A stretch of 61,170 bases of DNA, counting the filler, from Sphacelaria rigidula (Eukaryota), in assembly GCA_964200075.2 (NCBI GenBank). It is 8 parts of 8 records of this genome, joined end to end, with 100 filler letters (N's around TTAATTAATTAA, not from the genome) between each part and the next. Parts side by side here need not be neighbours in the genome. Positions count along the whole stretch, not along the records: positions 53,614 to 61,170 come from CAXNAA020014342.1; 7 more parts are not named here. One strand, 5' to 3'. A model generated the notes under the pieces. It did not search any database, was not told the origin of the DNA, and saw nothing but the letters and a program-made list of their open reading frames with translations. Of the stretch, positions 58,746 to 61,170 are shown piece after piece; positions within the stretch are counted from its first letter, which is position 1; every line of letters starts with the position of its first letter. The translations under genes and the position numbers were made by a program.

Positions 58746-59114
58746 CTCTTCGACAAAATGTTTTCCCCAACACACAGCAAGTTGCCTACATTCGTTTCTT
58801 TTTGACGGCTTCCGTCATCATGTTTGAGGCGAAACCACACGACTGTCTTTTTCTTTCTCTCTCAAAATTGCACAAGCTTGCCTTCTACAGCTGCGCCCGA
58901 AGTAGAGTCTAGCAGAGCTCGGACACAACAACGTCCGGTTAGAGGCCTTTCCACCTTCTGATAAACATGTAATTGCCACCCTTGAGGAGCTCCTCATTCA
59001 AAGTGCGTCTCTCATCTTTTAGATTTCCTCCAGATACCTTGTCAGCAGCGCCTCCAACAATGGACATGTTGATCACAAATTGGGAAGGCCTCTAACCGGA
59101 GGTTGGTGTGTATA

Positions 59115-60277
59115 CGAGCTGGGCCGACCTAGAAGCGGATTTTCGGTTGGTAGACCCCGTCGACTCCCAGTTCTAAGAGTTAGACTTTCAAATTTGGTAC
59201 GGAGAAAACATAGGGCACGCTGAAAAAGTAATAAGCAGAGCGTTGAGTTTTTTTTTCTTCGTGAGTTAGTGGCAATAATCAATACCCAGTTATCAGGAAA
59301 ACTCACGGAAAAAAATAAACTCGATGTGCTGCTTCACAATTTTTTTGCATGCGCTATTTTTTCTCCGTACCGAATTTGAAAGTCTAACTCCTAACATCGA
59401 GTGTCGGCGGGACGATTTGGAAACCGGGCCGGGCGAAATTCGGAACAACATTTTCCAGGCCATTTACCGGTCCAGGTTTGGTGCTTGTGTTTTGAATCTT
59501 TTTATGGGATCTCGCTAGGCCATTTCCAAACAAAAAAAGTGGGAAAGGTCGAAATACACATCTATATTTTCACTTGCTTAGGACGCTTTAGTATAGTGAA
59601 GACCATACTTTCACGAGAAGGCCCGTACCTCTCTAAAAAAAAAGGGCCTATTTTGTTTTCTCCGGCATGCCTTTGCAATTCTCCATGATAATTTTCAAAT
59701 CTCAATTCATAAAATTGAGATGAAAAACTGAGATAATAATGTCCGAGAGCATTGCCTATTTCCCCTAAGCAAAAAAAAAACACACGAAAAACGACGACCT
59801 TTTCTTTCATTATGCACTAGCGAGTCTCCGAACGAAATTTCAAAGCACAACACTCAAAAACTGAGACGCAAGATCCAGATTTAGTGCATCAAATGCCTCT
59901 GCTCGAAATATATTGATTTTAGGATGGAAACTTATGTGCACCACATCTCGAGACAGGTAACGAATTAGGCAAAAATGGAGCTATCGATGGTTTTTTCGTG
60001 CTCCAGGGAATGTCCACACCGAAACTCATCATCGCCCGCTGTATATATCGTTCGGGGTTTCATATAGACTTTAGTATGGACGCCATCTCCTCATGGTATA
60101 GAAATTCTTAGACATGACATTTAATCAACGAGAAAAAATTGGTCCAGACTGCTGAGCACATGGACACCCTCCCCATGGTCAGACGATTAAACGATATGCA
60201 GATCACGGCTCAACTTGTCTGTGCCGATGAGATATTGCTTTGAGAGCTTAAATCCGCATCCAGGCCGGCCCCGCTCG
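59115..60277. mobile_element. 1163-bp non-autonomous TIR element family B (Tc1/mariner-like, TA-flanked)
   Basis: TIRs cgagctgggccgacctagaagcggattt / aaatccgcatccaggccggccccgctcg, with TA on both sides. No transposase seen. Confidence 0.85.
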
Positions 60278-60376
60278 TACCGATTGTGCGTGTACCGTGG
60301 TTTCGTGCGTGGTGTGTTGCGCGTCTATACTCCAACACTAATTTGGCCAGAAATGCGGGAGTAAGACCGGCTCTAA

Positions 60377-61158
60377 CAGCAGCCGTTCAAAATTCCTGTT
60401 TATAACTGCCCTTCTGGCCCTTCTCCGTCGTTTCACGCCTGAAAAGAGGGCTAGGCAAATGTTGACGCATTGGCATGACTCGCTGTACTCATGTGCCGGT
60501 TGCCCCGGTGGCTCAGTTGGTTACCTCGAAACCTTATGACGGTTGGGTTGTGGGTTCAATTCTCGGACTATGCCGTGGGTACACAAAAGTCGACCGTTAG
60601 GTCGACGAGGGAAAGGAACTGCTGAACCCCTCTCGCGATAAAAAATAAAGGCAAGCACCGTAGAAGGAAGGTGGGGTACAAATATATATATATATATATA
60701 AAATAAAAGCTCCTGTGTTGACCTTCCACCTGTGTGACCCCGGCTGATGCGCCAACATATACCGAAAGGTGTAGATCGGCGTCCAGAACAGATGGGATGA
60801 CAACACACACACACACACACACTCATTGAGGCCGTTCCAGGGCAACTTTGCATTCCCCGCTGGCCGCATTTTCATTTTTGACCAGACACGGATTTTCAAC
60901 AAAAAACGGTCAAGCGATAAAAAAACAGGGGGAGCTATTCGTCACCTGACCGTTTTTTACTGAAAATCCGTGTTTGGCCTCATTTGGCCAAAAATAAAAG
61001 TGTGGCCAGCGGGAAGTGTAAAGTTGCCCTAGAACGGTCTCAACGAGTAGAGCAAGTCATTCCAAGGCGTCAGCATCCGCCCAACTCTCTTTTCGGGCGT
61101 AAAGTGACGGAGAAGGTCCCAAAAGGCCGTTTTCGACAGGAATTTTGAACGGCTCCCT
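60377..61158. mobile_element. PIF/Harbinger-like MITE family E containing a SINE
   Basis: agccgttcaaaattcctg / caggaattttgaacggct, with taa on both sides and long inverted arms. Confidence 0.85.
60495..60822 (+). mobile_element. tRNA-derived SINE family F, (CA)n tail, inserted in family E
   Basis: A box TGGCTCAGTTGG and B box GGTTCAATTC. 'actcat' is duplicated on both sides. The host MITE reads uninterrupted in the 37129 copy. Confidence 0.9.
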
Positions 61159-61170
61159 TAAGAGCAAAAA

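Noticed and set aside
60495-60570. tRNA gene
   Set aside because: It has A and B boxes but I cannot fold a full cloverleaf, and it is fused to a repeated body and microsatellite tail. It is a SINE head.

Overview
This is eukaryotic, repeat-rich DNA, most likely from a brown alga (Phaeophyceae). That is an inference from the FNIP-repeat gene type, the Gypsy architecture and the short exons with ~1-kb introns. The window is not one locus. It is eight unrelated contigs of about 7.56 kb (1-7560, 7661-15219, 15320-22878, 22979-30537, 30638-38196, 38297-45855, 45956-53513, 53614-61170) joined by an artificial 100-nt N44-TTAATTAATTAA-N44 linker. Supported content: (1) an intronless FNIP/LRR-like gene with 21 intact 22-aa repeats, each ending in a hypervariable dipeptide, followed by a decayed repeat tail interrupted by a MITE; (2) the 3' half of a degenerate Ty3/Gypsy element whose integrase carries a chromodomain-like and a Tudor-like module; (3) five exons of a CHD-family SNF2 ATPase, including a GC-AG intron; (4) the last two exons of a coiled-coil protein with a KEN box and a CaaX end; (5) a divergent gene pair and some weaker exon fragments; (6) many non-autonomous elements, often nested: MITEs with 4-bp, 8-bp, TA and TAA target duplications, a tRNA-headed SINE and LINE-like 3' ends. 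Most short ORFs in the track are spurious. The best candidate for an undescribed system is the FNIP array, which looks like a modular, diversifying recognition protein.
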